This document shows, in pieces, positions 13,246 through 25,010 of a stretch of DNA of 64,000 nt. Under the pieces are notes generated by a model. It did no database searches. It was given only the letters and a program-made list of their open reading frames with translations, and was not told the DNA's origin. Each line of letters opens with the position of its first letter. Position 1 is the first letter of the stretch. Source of the DNA: Marsupella aquatica (Eukaryota > Plantae > Marchantiophyta); the NCBI GenBank assembly GCA_973895155.1, contig OZ316896.1:13372549-13436548 (forward strand). The letters are read 5' to 3'. The position numbers were made by a program, and so were the translations under genes.

Positions 13246-14610
13246 AAAGGAAAAAGGAACAACGGCTTATCTAGAGCCATGATCACTAACTCAAGAAATT
13301 TGTTAAAAGTTTTATTTTGCAATCACACCTTCAACTACAATCAAAATTATGCCAACTATGACATATCCATCTACAAACTAAGGCAAAATGAATTATTTCA
13401 TAAATACATTGGATACTCTTGTGCAATAATTTCTCAATGATAATCTTCACATACATTGTTATGAAGCATTCATTGCATACTTTGTGCGATCCACTGTGTA
13501 AACAAGATGACAACGTGGATTGTATGCCTTTAGAATCAATCAAAACCATGCTACAATCACACAAAGTCAACAATACAACCAAAAAGACCATATTTGCTCT
13601 GTACACTATGAACTCACAGATTTGGAATCTTCCTACTATTAGATTGATTTCTATGTAAAAATCACAGGTCCATGGATGTCAAAATTCAATATAAATGGAA
13701 TACAATCTATCAGTCAACAGAATATCTGTTAACTCAGCAGTCAAATTAAAATATATAGGTTGGGTATGGCAGGCCAACTAAGATGTACCTAATTCTAATT
13801 CCACCATAAAAATATATTGCGGTTTTGGATGAACGGTGAAAAGCACTTGTTCCCTACTAGAGTCTTTACTGGAGGAAGGATACAAAAACAATTCAATTCA
13901 AATTGACATATCTAATTTGAGAAAAGATACATGAAAGGAAATTCATTCTGCATTCAAACATATTTTCAACAGTAGAATCATTTTATGAAACAAGTTTCCT
14001 AAAAAATTGCCATACATGGCTGTTTGTTTTGTATCATGCCAACCAGGATTTTTGCCTTCAGCCTAGATACCTACCTTCACCAGAAGATACAACTTGTACT
14101 AACATTGACGCATCATGTTAGAACCAAAACCATCCAAGAAGAGAGCCTTTTCATCCTCCTCAGCCATTACTAAGACAAGATCATTGTGATATTCTATGAA
14201 TTGGAGCTAGAATTGTGATTTAAAGAGTGAAATTGAAGGGATGAGTTTCCACCCTCCCATAAATGTGGAAGAAGATTCCCAACTGTTGGAAAAAATATTC
14301 TCTCATTGTTCTGTCTAGAGTATCTATGCTGATTTCTGCCCTTTTGAAGGTGTGTAATTCTTTGACATTGCAATTTAAGGGAAGAAAATGATAGAATCTC
14401 TCCTTCTCTTCATCACAAAGTAGACTGTATATGCATATATTTGATATCCAAATAGTTAGTGTATGAAATGTATATCAAATTAACAAGAGTTTTGGATATT
14501 GACATGCATTTTGTGTTGTATATATACATATATTTAATGACAATGTGACTATATATCCAACATTCTAGGTGAGCATTATTCATTGGGTGTCATAGAAACG
14601 ACATCAAACA

Positions 14611-14742
14611 GCCTAGGAGGCATGACTGTGTGGTAGCTCACTTGAGATCAGAAGCGTAGGTCTAGTGGTTGAATGTTTGAATTCATGTTGTGACCGACTG
14701 TTCCCTTTTGCGGGGTTTCACAGATTTCTCCTTTAAAAAAAA
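14611..14742 (+). mobile_element. tRNA-derived SINE family A, copy 2
   Basis: catgactgtgtggtagctcacttgag...tgttgtgaccgactgttcccttttgcggggtttcacagattt..cctttaaaaaaaa, with an oligo(A) tail. Confidence 0.7.
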
Positions 14743-16593
14743 TGACAGATGTAGAAGTTTGCACTAATCTATTCTACATTAGATAATCACCAAAATGATC
14801 CAATAATTTTTGTGATGCTGTACTTGTCATGAATAAGTAAAGTAGTAATGGTGCATTCGATGTGTTGATGGAATCAGTCTTAGATTGTGATTGTTTGGTG
14901 TGCCAATGTGACAATGTATTTGCAGATGGAGCTTGCTATGGAGTAGGACATCCTTAGGGTGTGATGATATGGTTTAAACAATTATGCTTGAATGTGATTG
15001 GATAAGCAAAATTAGATGTGATAATGATGATTGCAGAAGACTCACAAGTGTGATGCAAATCTTGATGCAAAACTCATTGATGGGAGATTTAAATCTATAG
15101 AGTCAAAGGGGGGTACATCTTGTGTGTATCTGTTGTGGAAATTTGTGTCTTAGTTAAAGGTTTCCGAGTTTCTCTGGTGGCTGCATTAAATCTTCAAAAA
15201 CGTGCTATACACTAATTCACCCTCACCTGTCATGCATTAATTGAGTACAAAATGGACTGTTTAATTGGTGTCTCTTAACATCTCAAATCGTAACTCTTAA
15301 GTTTTCTAATATAAATTAAATCAAATATTTTTCTCTTTGCTTTGCTCTTCCCTTGTTGTTTTGGGTTTGGCGATGGACAACTGGCTAAACAATGTTGAAT
15401 CAATCTATTCAAACCATCTCATATTGCAGCTTTATCTTTATTGGATCTTACCCAGGCAAGTATCTGACGAGTACAATATGTCCTCCCAACAAATACAAAA
15501 TCCTCAGATACCCCCAAATGTTGATGAAGTTTGTAACATAAAATTGAGTAGGAGCTGCTAGAGCCATAACATAACTTAGAAGTACTTTTTCTAAGGGTAA
15601 CTATGCTCAAATTCATTTTGGAATCATTTTACATACTAGTAATCCCTTCAAATAGAATATAGTCCGAGTATAGTGTCAAGATTTATGATTCTCCAACATT
15701 TGTTTTGATCTCAATTCTTGTAATTGAACGGATTTTTTAGTCTATGTCATTCATCGTTTTTTGTTTGCCAATCATCTCAGTGAGAAGTCATCATGTTACC
15801 ATGTCCAGAAACTGTTTTGAGCACCACGTTTGTAAATGACATCAATTATAATTGTGTTTTTCTGAATTGTCTTGCCAGATCTCCTGATTTGTGTAGACTA
15901 CAAAACTTTGGAACATGTCCATTGAGCATAATGTATTGCAGTGGGACAAGTAGAGGAAGTTTGATACAACATTTGGAGTTAACCTATAGATGAGAAAACA
16001 GTTGAAACCAGTATAGTTGCAAAATATAGGCAGACAAAAAGTGTCTCCAGGTTAGTCTTGTCAAGGATCAGATATATTTCGGCCATTTATAAAACTTTGC
16101 CAAGGCCTAATCTATTTGATTAGATTGGAACTTTTGTCAAAGATAGGGTCAATTAGTCCTCTTTCAAATTTCTTGTTTATATATTCACTTCCATGTATAC
16201 CTAGCAGAAGTCCCAGGAATGCATACTTTAGCATAGAGATTCAAAAGTTGTTCCGCCATATAATCTGGGAAATGCCATGAGAACTCGATTTTTTGCAAAC
16301 ATATTTACAATCGAAAATACCACACATCCAATTGATGAACTCACCCATGTGCCCTGTTTCTAAACGACTCGGAGCCTGCTCTCTATGACTTCCGCATCTG
16401 GTCTCTTTCAGAAGCTTTTGATCCTACTCACAGCTGTCTTACTTGATTTCTCTAGAATGTGAGGTCTACTTGAAAGGCCAGTGCAAATTTCAGCAAGTGA
16501 AGTACATACCAGATTTGAAGTTCATTGCACGAAAAGAATAGCGACATTTACATTGGGACTATCTCTGACCAGAAGAGGATGTCATAAACGACC

Positions 16594-18922
16594 TCATGAT
16601 GAAGTGAATCCTGTAATGTCATAGTAGTCTTTCACAGGCAGTGACTTGGCTCCACCGTAGTAGTCCACCAGGAAAAGGTCTTCGATGTCAAGCCTGTAAA
16701 TTCTCCAATCATGGCCTTTAGGCCAGCCTGACATAAACAAAGTGATGCCTTAATTTCAATCACGAAATCCAAGAAGCACAGTGTACTCGAGAAAGCATTG
16801 ATCCGTCAGTGCAGTTATCCTGCCAGAAGGTTCAATTATCAAACTGGATAACAATCCATTATGCTAGTATCCTACAGGTAATAGATATTCTGATTTCAAC
16901 GGAAAAAGAACGCTGCAAAGGTTCATCATAATTTCAGAAGCGACAGCAAGGTAGAAGACCCAAAACAAGACATCAATGAAATCATTTCAGACCAAACCTT
17001 CCATTTCTGGATGCTTTGAGAATAAAGCTTGAGTTGCAAAGACTGCCTCCTCGTTGTCTTTAGTGATCTCTATAATCTGCACAGCAATTTCGTGGTCCAT
17101 TCACTGCAATACAAGTCCTTAACTGAAGATAAAGTGATGTCCAAGGAACGAACTGGCTTTGTACAAGTTACATACAGTGTGAAGAATAAGCTAAATTCTT
17201 CAGAACAACACTTCTTCAGTTCTCCTACTGGAACCCAGTTGTCCTGTATCTTCTCCAACGAATTCTCACCACTGTTCCATTTCTCTTAATGTATTTCTCT
17301 TGCGTAGAAGCTTTCGGAAAGCAAAACAGAAGTGATAAATAAAGAACGGCATTTTGTGTTGGATATGTGGGGTGAAGGGAGGTGCGGACATTGAAGATGC
17401 AATAGCAAGAAAATTCATTTGGATGTGCTAAAATGCTAGAGTAACAGCTGTGAATTATATAGCGGGAGTTCGTCAACGAATTAATTACGAAATATAGAAC
17501 AGAATGCATACGCGACGAGCACTCAGTAAGAGACCAGGTTGGAAGAGCACCTTTCCAGAGAGCGTAAGCCTCGCGCAAGTAGGATTCTCTGCATCTTTAT
17601 CTCCACATGTTCCCAGGGGGGACTCACTTAGTGTCAGAGAGCATCGCGAGTCACGCTCTAAATCAATTGGAGTAGGGTCCAGTGCAGATAAGTAGAAATA
17701 CGGTCTTCCAGTTCCAGCCCCAACTGGCCCATCGCTGAAAGATGCAATATTTCTGCGTGAAACACATTATTCACGTCATAATAAACTGTGCGAGTTCTGA
17801 TTCTATCTACTGAGTATGCTGTGACTAACATGAAGGGCAATCGACGTTGTTTTGCCTTTGCCGAGAGTAATTGCAGTAGTAATGTTATGTTCCTGTCATA
17901 TGCAACTAGCATACTGCACACTTCCAGCCTTTCAGGCTGTATTGAAATAGCAGCATCATGTAGTCATAAAAGTCAAAGATTCAATGACGTGGTTGGGTGA
18001 TCCTTACCCCCAAGGGATGCCTCCTAGATGAATCGAGATTGTGCTGCATCAAAGAGACTGCATCAATTAGCAAGGAACAAACGCGAACATTACACGAAAC
18101 CAAGCTGACCTTACCGATAGACGGTAGCATCGTCCTGTTGACAAGAGTGTGGTAAGAATTTCAAAGTCAAAAGCTTCAGAGTGAATCACCGACAGGATGC
18201 TACATCCTAGCTCTAACCTGCGAGTAGAATCTTTGATTCTGTCATAGATGATGCACATCATATTCTCTTCAAGCCATTATATACAAACACATATAACTTT
18301 GATTCGTTTACACAAATTTTTGCATCTATTGTTGTATACGTCCTCGCAAATAAACTCCAACTTATTTCACCAATATGTGTGCAGGGGGCAGAGCAGAGCT
18401 AGGTGAAGGTGTAATCCTAGTGTCGTGCAAGTTGTTGAACCCTATTTGACATCAAGCAATCTCTTCATTTCTGTCGTACGTTGTTGTTTTCGGTGGAACT
18501 GGCTCACTCAATCAATTTGTGCAAACCACCTCATTGTTCAACATTAGCTTCATCATTGGAAGTTATAGTGTATCTGCCGAGTACAAATTTCCTTCCCACA
18601 GATAACTAAAAACCCGGTTTTTTGTAAAGAAATTGAGCACGACTTGCCTGAGCCATAACATGACAACGAAACTCAGCTTAGCTATGTCTTTTCTTCTTAC
18701 GGTATTTAGAATGAGATAGTCCGTGAGAGTTGGATAGTATTGAATTGACATGGAGACACCATACCTTAGCACACCCCAGGAATTCGACGACACGAGCCAA
18801 CGAGCCATCGCGGGGGCATTACTCGGATCTGGCCGATTGTGAAGTCCCAAATCAGTACCTTGTACAGAATTTAAATATGCCATAATCAGCAGCATTGAGC
18901 CCATCGCAATCACTATCCTCAT
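16594..18922 (-). CDS. CREG1: CREG1-like secreted protein (pyridoxamine 5'-phosphate oxidase-like fold), 202 aa
   Basis: Exons 18922-18765, 18043-18008, 17752-17551, 17076-16998 and 16727-16594, all GT-AG and phase-compatible (609 nt). Signal peptide followed by RPDPSNAPAMARWLVSSNSWGVLSTISIHLGGIPWGN...PYFYLSALDPT...DAENPTCARLTLSGK...ALFSKHPEMEGWPKGHDW...FLVDYYGGAKSL. Confidence 0.93.
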
Positions 18923-19839
18923 CGTTACTTTTCCCGATCGCAATTCGGTAACACTACTCAGAATGAATGACGCAAACTGCACACAATGCTCGAGAGAAAG
19001 CACGCGGTCCGACTGCCACACAGATTTAAGAGTTCCCGAGGCTGATCAAAGTGAATCAATTCGTCACAGTCGACCCTAAATCCACAATTTCGTCCTTCTT
19101 CCGCCGCTGAAAGCCGTCTTCAGACTTGATCATCAAGTTCAAAGCGGATCAAACGAGATTTCAGACCCACGCTAGGGCAGAATTGGATTGAATTAAATCC
19201 GAGTGGCAAACACGAATGAAACGTGAACAGTGACCAAAGCAGAAGCAAACGGCCAGAATGATCAAGGATTGCAAGAATTTGAGTGAGAGAGATCCCGAAG
19301 GAATGAAAGGACCAAACACAATTCGAATGACAACCAAATTCCGAGGGAAGGCAATCCACAAGGAATAAAAGATAGAGACGGCCGGCAGATGGAGGAATCG
19401 ACTATACAGAACATAACAAAAACAGACGGAATTGGCGCAGCAAATCTCGCTACAGAAGACATGCAATGTAGTCTTCTTTGTAATCTACCGTCTAACAACG
19501 AATCAATCATGCACAGCATCCCTCGGTTTGTCCTTGGTAGGTGAGAGTTCTGTTAGTGCAAAGCCCTTCTGCCTCCATGGATACCTCCGAGGTGGGTCCT
19601 GTGCTCCAGCTCTGAACAACTTTCTCTTTTCCTTTTTTCGCTTTTCAGTATCTACAGCTCCTGTTTTCTGGCTTGGCTTATTAGAATCGAGAGGACATCG
19701 ATCATTCGTAGAACACAATTTCTACCTGTTTGCCATATCCAATTCCCTCCTTTGCTTCGCAAAATTTCTCGGCTTCACCAACGACTCGTCTTCCGCCATA
19801 CTTTTAGCTTCCCTGGAAACTCTTCCACTCTCACACGTT

Positions 19840-20620
19840 TCGTGTCATTTGGGTCCATTCAAACAGACTTTGTGTCATTTTGTCTGGTGAGATGTTGAAT
19901 CAGGTTTTAGTGTCATTTGGCTCCACTTTAACATGTTTCATGTCATTTGGCTCCATTTACAGACACTTTGTGTCATTTGACTTGTAAGATGTTCAAATAG
20001 GCTTAGTGTCATTTGGCTTCACTCTCACACATTTAGTGTGGTTTAGCTTCACTCTGAGTAACACATTTAGTGTCATTTGACTCCATTGCATGCACTTTGT
20101 GTGATTTGGCTGCTAGGATGCTGAAATAGGCTTAGTGTCATTTGGGTTCACCAACACATGTAGTGTCATTTGGCTCCATTTGCATGCACTTTGTGTCATT
20201 TGGCTGAGAAGATGTTGAAACAGGTTTAGTGTCATTTGGCTAGCTTGAACACTCTAATAAATGTTGTGTCATTTGGATCCATTTACATTCAGTTTGTGTC
20301 AATTGGCTGGTAAGATGTTGAAATAGGTTTAGTGTGATTTGGCTGGTATGATGTTGAAACATGTTTAGTGTTATTTGGCTCCATTCTCAGACACTTTGTG
20401 TGATTTGGCTGGTAAGATGTTGACACGTGTTTAGTCTCATTTGACTGGTACTCTGTTGAAACGCATTGAGTGTCACTTGGCTCCACTTGGACACCTTTTG
20501 TGTTATTTGGCTGGTAAGATATTGAATCAAGTTGAGTGTCATTTGGCTTCATTCTTGGCTTCATTCTTACTGATCACACTTTGTGTCGTTGGACGCGTAA
20601 GATGTTGAGACAATCATCTC
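19840..20620. repeat. Composite satellite built on a GTGTCATTTGGCT core with two alternating subunit types (about 27 and 33 bp)
   Basis: More than 20 core copies, followed either by ggtaagatgttgaaacaggtttag or by ccattt.cagacacttt. Confidence 0.9.
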
Positions 20621-20749
20621 ACGAACCTTTGTGTTTCGGGCATGGTGAGATTTTAACATATGTTCTTGTCATTCCCTTGTCATTCGGCTCCCCTTGCACA
20701 CCGTTCTAATCTCTGTTACATGGAAGAACAACAGGGGCTCGAAAGCTGG

Positions 20750-21979
20750 AAAAAGAAGAATATTGTATTGATCAGATAAACAAAAGAGTGACGTTAATGA
20801 TGGCAAAGCTCACCACATGGGCCTCCGCAAGGGTCATCAAGCTGATTCCAAAAAATCAGGATATGGTTGACCTCATCAACTAGAGACTGCTAACAATGCT
20901 CACAACTGAGAAATTGATTGCTAAATTGTTGGCAAATAGGGTGAAGAAGGTGGCTTCTAAGCTCGTTGATCCACAATAGACTGGATTTCTTGAAGGTAGA
21001 GATATCTTGGACAACTTGATGACTTTTAAGCTGGCCCAAGAGTACACACAGCTAACAAAACAACCTCTGCTCTTCCTCAAACTGGACTTCACCAAAGCAT
21101 ACTACATGGTTGCTCACTCTTTCTTGTGGGCTGTTTTGAGGGCAATGAATTTTGGGGAGAACATGAGTACTCTGATAAAAGGGATGGAACAGACCCAGTC
21201 CAAAGTTCACATTAACCATAGTTTCATGGAAAGCAATTGATTTGCAAAGAGGAGTGAGACAAGGTTGCCCCCTCCCTCACTCCTATGCACTCCTATGCAC
21301 TCTTACTACTCAACCTCTGATGGAGTTGTTGAGAACCAAACTTGAGCTAGGGGAACTCCAAGGAATGAAGATCACAGATGACAACCGACTGTGCCAACAG
21401 CAATACAAGAAAGTTTCTGTAGCCCTGCAGGAGAATGTGCAAAAATCAAAGATAATTCCGTTGCACTTGAAGGACGGGATTTACCCTAGTTGGCTTCAAA
21501 CCACTGGTTGCAAGGTTTCTCAGGAGGGGGAGGTTACTGAATATTTGGGATCATGCCCAATTGGATATAAAGTCAAGCCCTCACATGAGGCTTCCTTTCT
21601 CATTGAGAAGTTGAGGAAACAACTGTTTCATTGGACAAACAGGAGCCTGACTATGATTGGCAGGTTTATTTTACTTAAACATGTCCTGCCAGCCATCCCT
21701 ACCTACCACTTAATGACACTTGAGCTGTATCAACCCGACGACAATTTTTGTGGGGGCCCTCAAGAACTACTGGATGCAGAAAGCCCTTATTGCCTGGAAG
21801 GAGTATGTCAACGCCAAAGGAGACAGAGGTCTGGAAATTCAGCCATTTGAGGAGTAAGCCCAAGCACTGAAGATGCGGCACATTGCTAAACTCATGCAAG
21901 GCGCAAACAGAAAGTGAATTAAGATCACTTACAACATCATTACGAGGGGAATAAATTCTGGACCTAGGAAGAGAGAAAG
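20750..21979 (+). mobile_element. Degenerate L1/Tx1-type LINE ORF2 (reverse transcriptase), 5' part
   Basis: VIKLIPK...IAKLLANRVKKV..KLVDPQ*TGFLEGRDILDN...LFLKLDFTKAY...RGVRQGCPL...EYLG..PIG...GRFILLKHVLPAIPTY, with stops and frameshifts. Confidence 0.9.
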
Positions 21980-22575
21980 ATATATGTCAAAGAGTCGACA
22001 CCCATTCAAGGCCAAGTCAATACTTCACATTGACAAATCATATACACAGTCAAGGCAGCACAGGTCAGGACAAGGAGATAACAACACATGGATGTGCACA
22101 TGCACCAAGTCATTTGTAGATAGTGAGATTAAAAAAATAATAAATCATGATCATTGTGAGGAAGAAACAGGTCCACAAATTGTTGAGGTCAATAATTAAA
22201 CTGTACATATATCCCAACATGCGTAAAAGATCAGGGTGGTAGTATGCGCATAAGAATAGTATGTTAGTCTATAGCTATGACTTCTTTGCTTTTTAAGATA
22301 TGCAAGAGATAGTACTAGGGGAGGCAACGGCGGGAAGGAATGAGGTCATAAGTTTTGTTAGGGCAGCTGCCAGGGTGGTGGTTACGTTAGTAAAACCTAG
22401 CTAATTCATGGAAGAAGTGAGTTACATATTTTTTAACAAAGTATCTGTAGTATAAGCTAAGGTATTAGTATAGGGCAAGTTTTGTATTTTACTGGTTGTA
22501 TGTAGGATTTTTACCATTTATAATTATTTTTATTTTTATTTAATAGTGTAGGTCATATGCCACCATTTATCTAGT
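21980..22575 (+). mobile_element. (GA)n-bounded non-coding element, unit A (probable internal deletion derivative of C-type)
   Basis: The first ~290 bp are closely similar to 23969-24260. It ends TGCCACCATTTATCTAGT-GAGAGAG, like unit C (TGCCACCATTTATCCAC-AGAG). Confidence 0.7.
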
Positions 22576-22582
22576 GAGAGAG

Positions 22583-23948
22583 TTCTATAAATATATCAAT
22601 ACGGAGATCACATCCTGATAAACTCAGGTCCCATTGTTACTCACCGCTATAGCTCATAGAATCATAAACATAATATAATATAACATCACAGATACTAATA
22701 CTTATATGCATATTTACCTACGTAAATTAACTTACATATACACATACTCATACCTTATCACCCAGGGCCTTAGGGGATCATGTATTGGATGACCCATAAG
22801 TTGTTGATGAACACGTTCCATTCATTTTCATTCACTGGTTTTCCTTAGAGCATCGATGAGTCCATTTTTCTAGGCTATAATTGGGCAACCATATAATGTC
22901 CATAACAAATCATCAATCCAGAAATATATTCTTGATATACATACAACCATTCCTTTATAAACACATTAGTGGTGATCCCATAGCGCTAGTTGTACATCAA
23001 ACTATTCGCTGGGTAAACTATTTATCCCGGATGGCTATACGATAGTATGCTCATGTGCCTAGTCTCAGGGCACTGAGTATAGACCATAGTTTTTCCTCAG
23101 GGATTATTAGACCTAGATAATCCACATCCCTAGTGCCGTTGTTCAGCCCCCGCCACTAGGTTGAAAATGATTTATATTTAAATCTTTTCAGGTACCATGT
23201 TTCTGTAACTTGTCCGGACTGTCACGGGGAGACATGGCCCAAGGAAAAACGAGTCCCTGGTCCCTACCCAGTCTATGTGAATCAAATATATTTGGATACA
23301 TTCATAGTTACAATATTAAAGAAATTAGATGGAATAGATTTTGCTATTGTTGTGCACCTTTAGACTATTGGTGGCCATTGTGATCTTCAGTCAGCGGACC
23401 CACGAGCTGGGTCTAGAGCAGTGTATAGTGATTCCTTGTCTGGCTTGGAGTAGTGTACAGTGATTCCTTTTGGCAAACCCCACACACTATCAATCAGAGC
23501 ATTACTGTTGGTGCAGACTTCTCATAACACCATTGCTCTTACGGGAGTCGGCATAGCATATAGCATCATAAAAGCTTCACACAACATCTTTCATGGAAAT
23601 GAGCAGAGGATCGGTTATCTAAAAGCTTCCCACGGTGTTCTCACTGACATTCATTCTGCATTAGCATTTTCCTGGTCATGTGTGGTGACTCGTTTAGAAA
23701 CAGGGGTTTTGGTGGACATCGCAGTGGCGGACAACTTTGGTGCCACTTATTGGGGAATATTTTTAGGGCATGGGCCCCAGCCCATTGTGTATGGTAAAGT
23801 ATTTCACTAGTATTTATACCCAGTATACTTATGATCATACGTATAATTATGACCATTACATGGTGGCCAGTGTGACCGTGATAATATCCCAGTAGTAAGG
23901 TCAATGGGTAGTTTTGTATTCTATCCATGTACTTCATATTTTTCTTAC
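22583..23948 (+). mobile_element. (GA)n-bounded non-coding element, unit B
   Basis: Lies between GAGAGAG (22576-22582) and (GA)10 (23949-23968). Carries the conserved structured cassette at 23047-23237. Confidence 0.6.
23047..23237 (+). ncRNA. Putative structured RNA cassette, copy B (family unknown)
   Basis: Four hairpins plus the conserved linkers AGACCAT, TTCAGCCCCCG, TTTCT and GGGGAG, shared with copies C and D. Confidence 0.5.
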
Positions 23949-23968
23949 GAGAGAGAGAGAGAGAGAGA

Positions 23969-24944
23969 TATGTCAAAGAGTCGACACCCATTCAAGGCCA
24001 AGTCAATACTTCACATTGACAAATCAAAAACACAGTCAGGGCAGCATAAGTCATGACAGGGATGTAACAACACATGGATGTACACAAGTACCAAGTCCAT
24101 TGAAAATAAAGAGATTCGAAACAATATTAAATCAAGATCATTGTGAGAAAAAAACAGGTTAATGAGTAATTGAGATTAGTAATTGAACTGTACATATATC
24201 ACAGCCTGCTTAAAAGATCAAGGAGGTAGGATGCACACAAGACTAATATGTTATTCTACAGTACTCCTAGTCATAGTTGGAGCACAGTAGATCATGTAAT
24301 ACATCCGGTAGAATGTGATGGATATAGTAAACTGTATAAAATCTAACGCAAAGTCAGAGGAATATATAACATAAGGTCAATTAGCAGGAATCAAAAAGAG
24401 TATCAGAAAGTAGTCAGTACAATATTATATATAAGGCAATGGTTATGATTGAATATAAAAAAACCAGTGGCTATATATTGTAACAGGACAGATCTGTTAG
24501 ACTAGGTACCATTATCAAATGGCATGGGATACAAATAAGCGATAAATCATACCATAATAAGTTAAAATCAGGTCAGGTGTGAAATATTAGAGTGATAGCA
24601 ATCTCTTATATGTGTGAGAAAATCCAGAGTCACATCTCAAGTGCCACTAGATCAAGAGGACCCTTGATATTGAAGGGGGTTATTTTCTAAGCGGTGCCTC
24701 ATATAAGCTGGTCAAGCAAACAGAGGTAGACCATCAACTGAAAGTAAAGAGCAGTGGACACAGACTGCAATACATCCCTGAGGTCGTCATTCAGCCCCCG
24801 TCCCCAGGGTGAATCAAATTTTCAAAAAATTATTCTTGTTATACGTTTCTGCTACCATTGAACCACGGCGGTAATGGGGAGCGTATATGTTGATACATGA
24901 TATAGGTGTAGAGTAAGTCTGGTAGTCAAGTGCCACCATTTATC

Positions 24945-24947
<3 letters not shown>
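23969..24947 (+). mobile_element. (GA)n-bounded non-coding element, unit C
   Basis: Starts TATGTCAAAGAGTCGACACCCATTCAAGGCC and ends GTGCCACCATTTATCCAC before about (AG)30 (24948-25008). Cassette at 24695-24887. Confidence 0.7.
24695..24887 (+). ncRNA. Putative structured RNA cassette, copy C (family unknown)
   Basis: Stems TGCCTC/GAGGTA, GCAGT/ACTGC, GAAT..AATTTT/AAAATTATTC and TATACGTTTC/GGAGCGTATA; core GGTCGTCATTCAGCCCCCGTCC. Confidence 0.5.

Positions 24948-25008
<61 letters not shown>

Positions 25009-25010
<2 letters not shown>

Noticed and set aside
19503-19800. Possible small gene (MAEDESLVKPRNF... / K-rich ORF) on the minus strand
   Set aside because: No recognisable domain and no convincing splice path; it may be a fragment.
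19840-20620. CRISPR-like repeat-spacer pattern
   Set aside because: The 'spacers' are just two recurring sequence types, so this is a composite satellite.
23143-23235. Cobalamin or lysine riboswitch-like words (GCCCCCGCCACT, GGACTGTCAC)
   Set aside because: They occur only in copy B, the other riboswitch elements are missing, and these classes are not known in plants.
24780-24890. Hammerhead, HDV-like, tRNA or tmRNA identity for the cassette (minus strand shows GAAAC and CTGAATGA; CCCCCGT resembles an HDV L3)
   Set aside because: The required helices (hammerhead stems II/III, HDV P3, tRNA T-arm) cannot be formed consistently in the three copies, and the G-U pairs favour the + strand.
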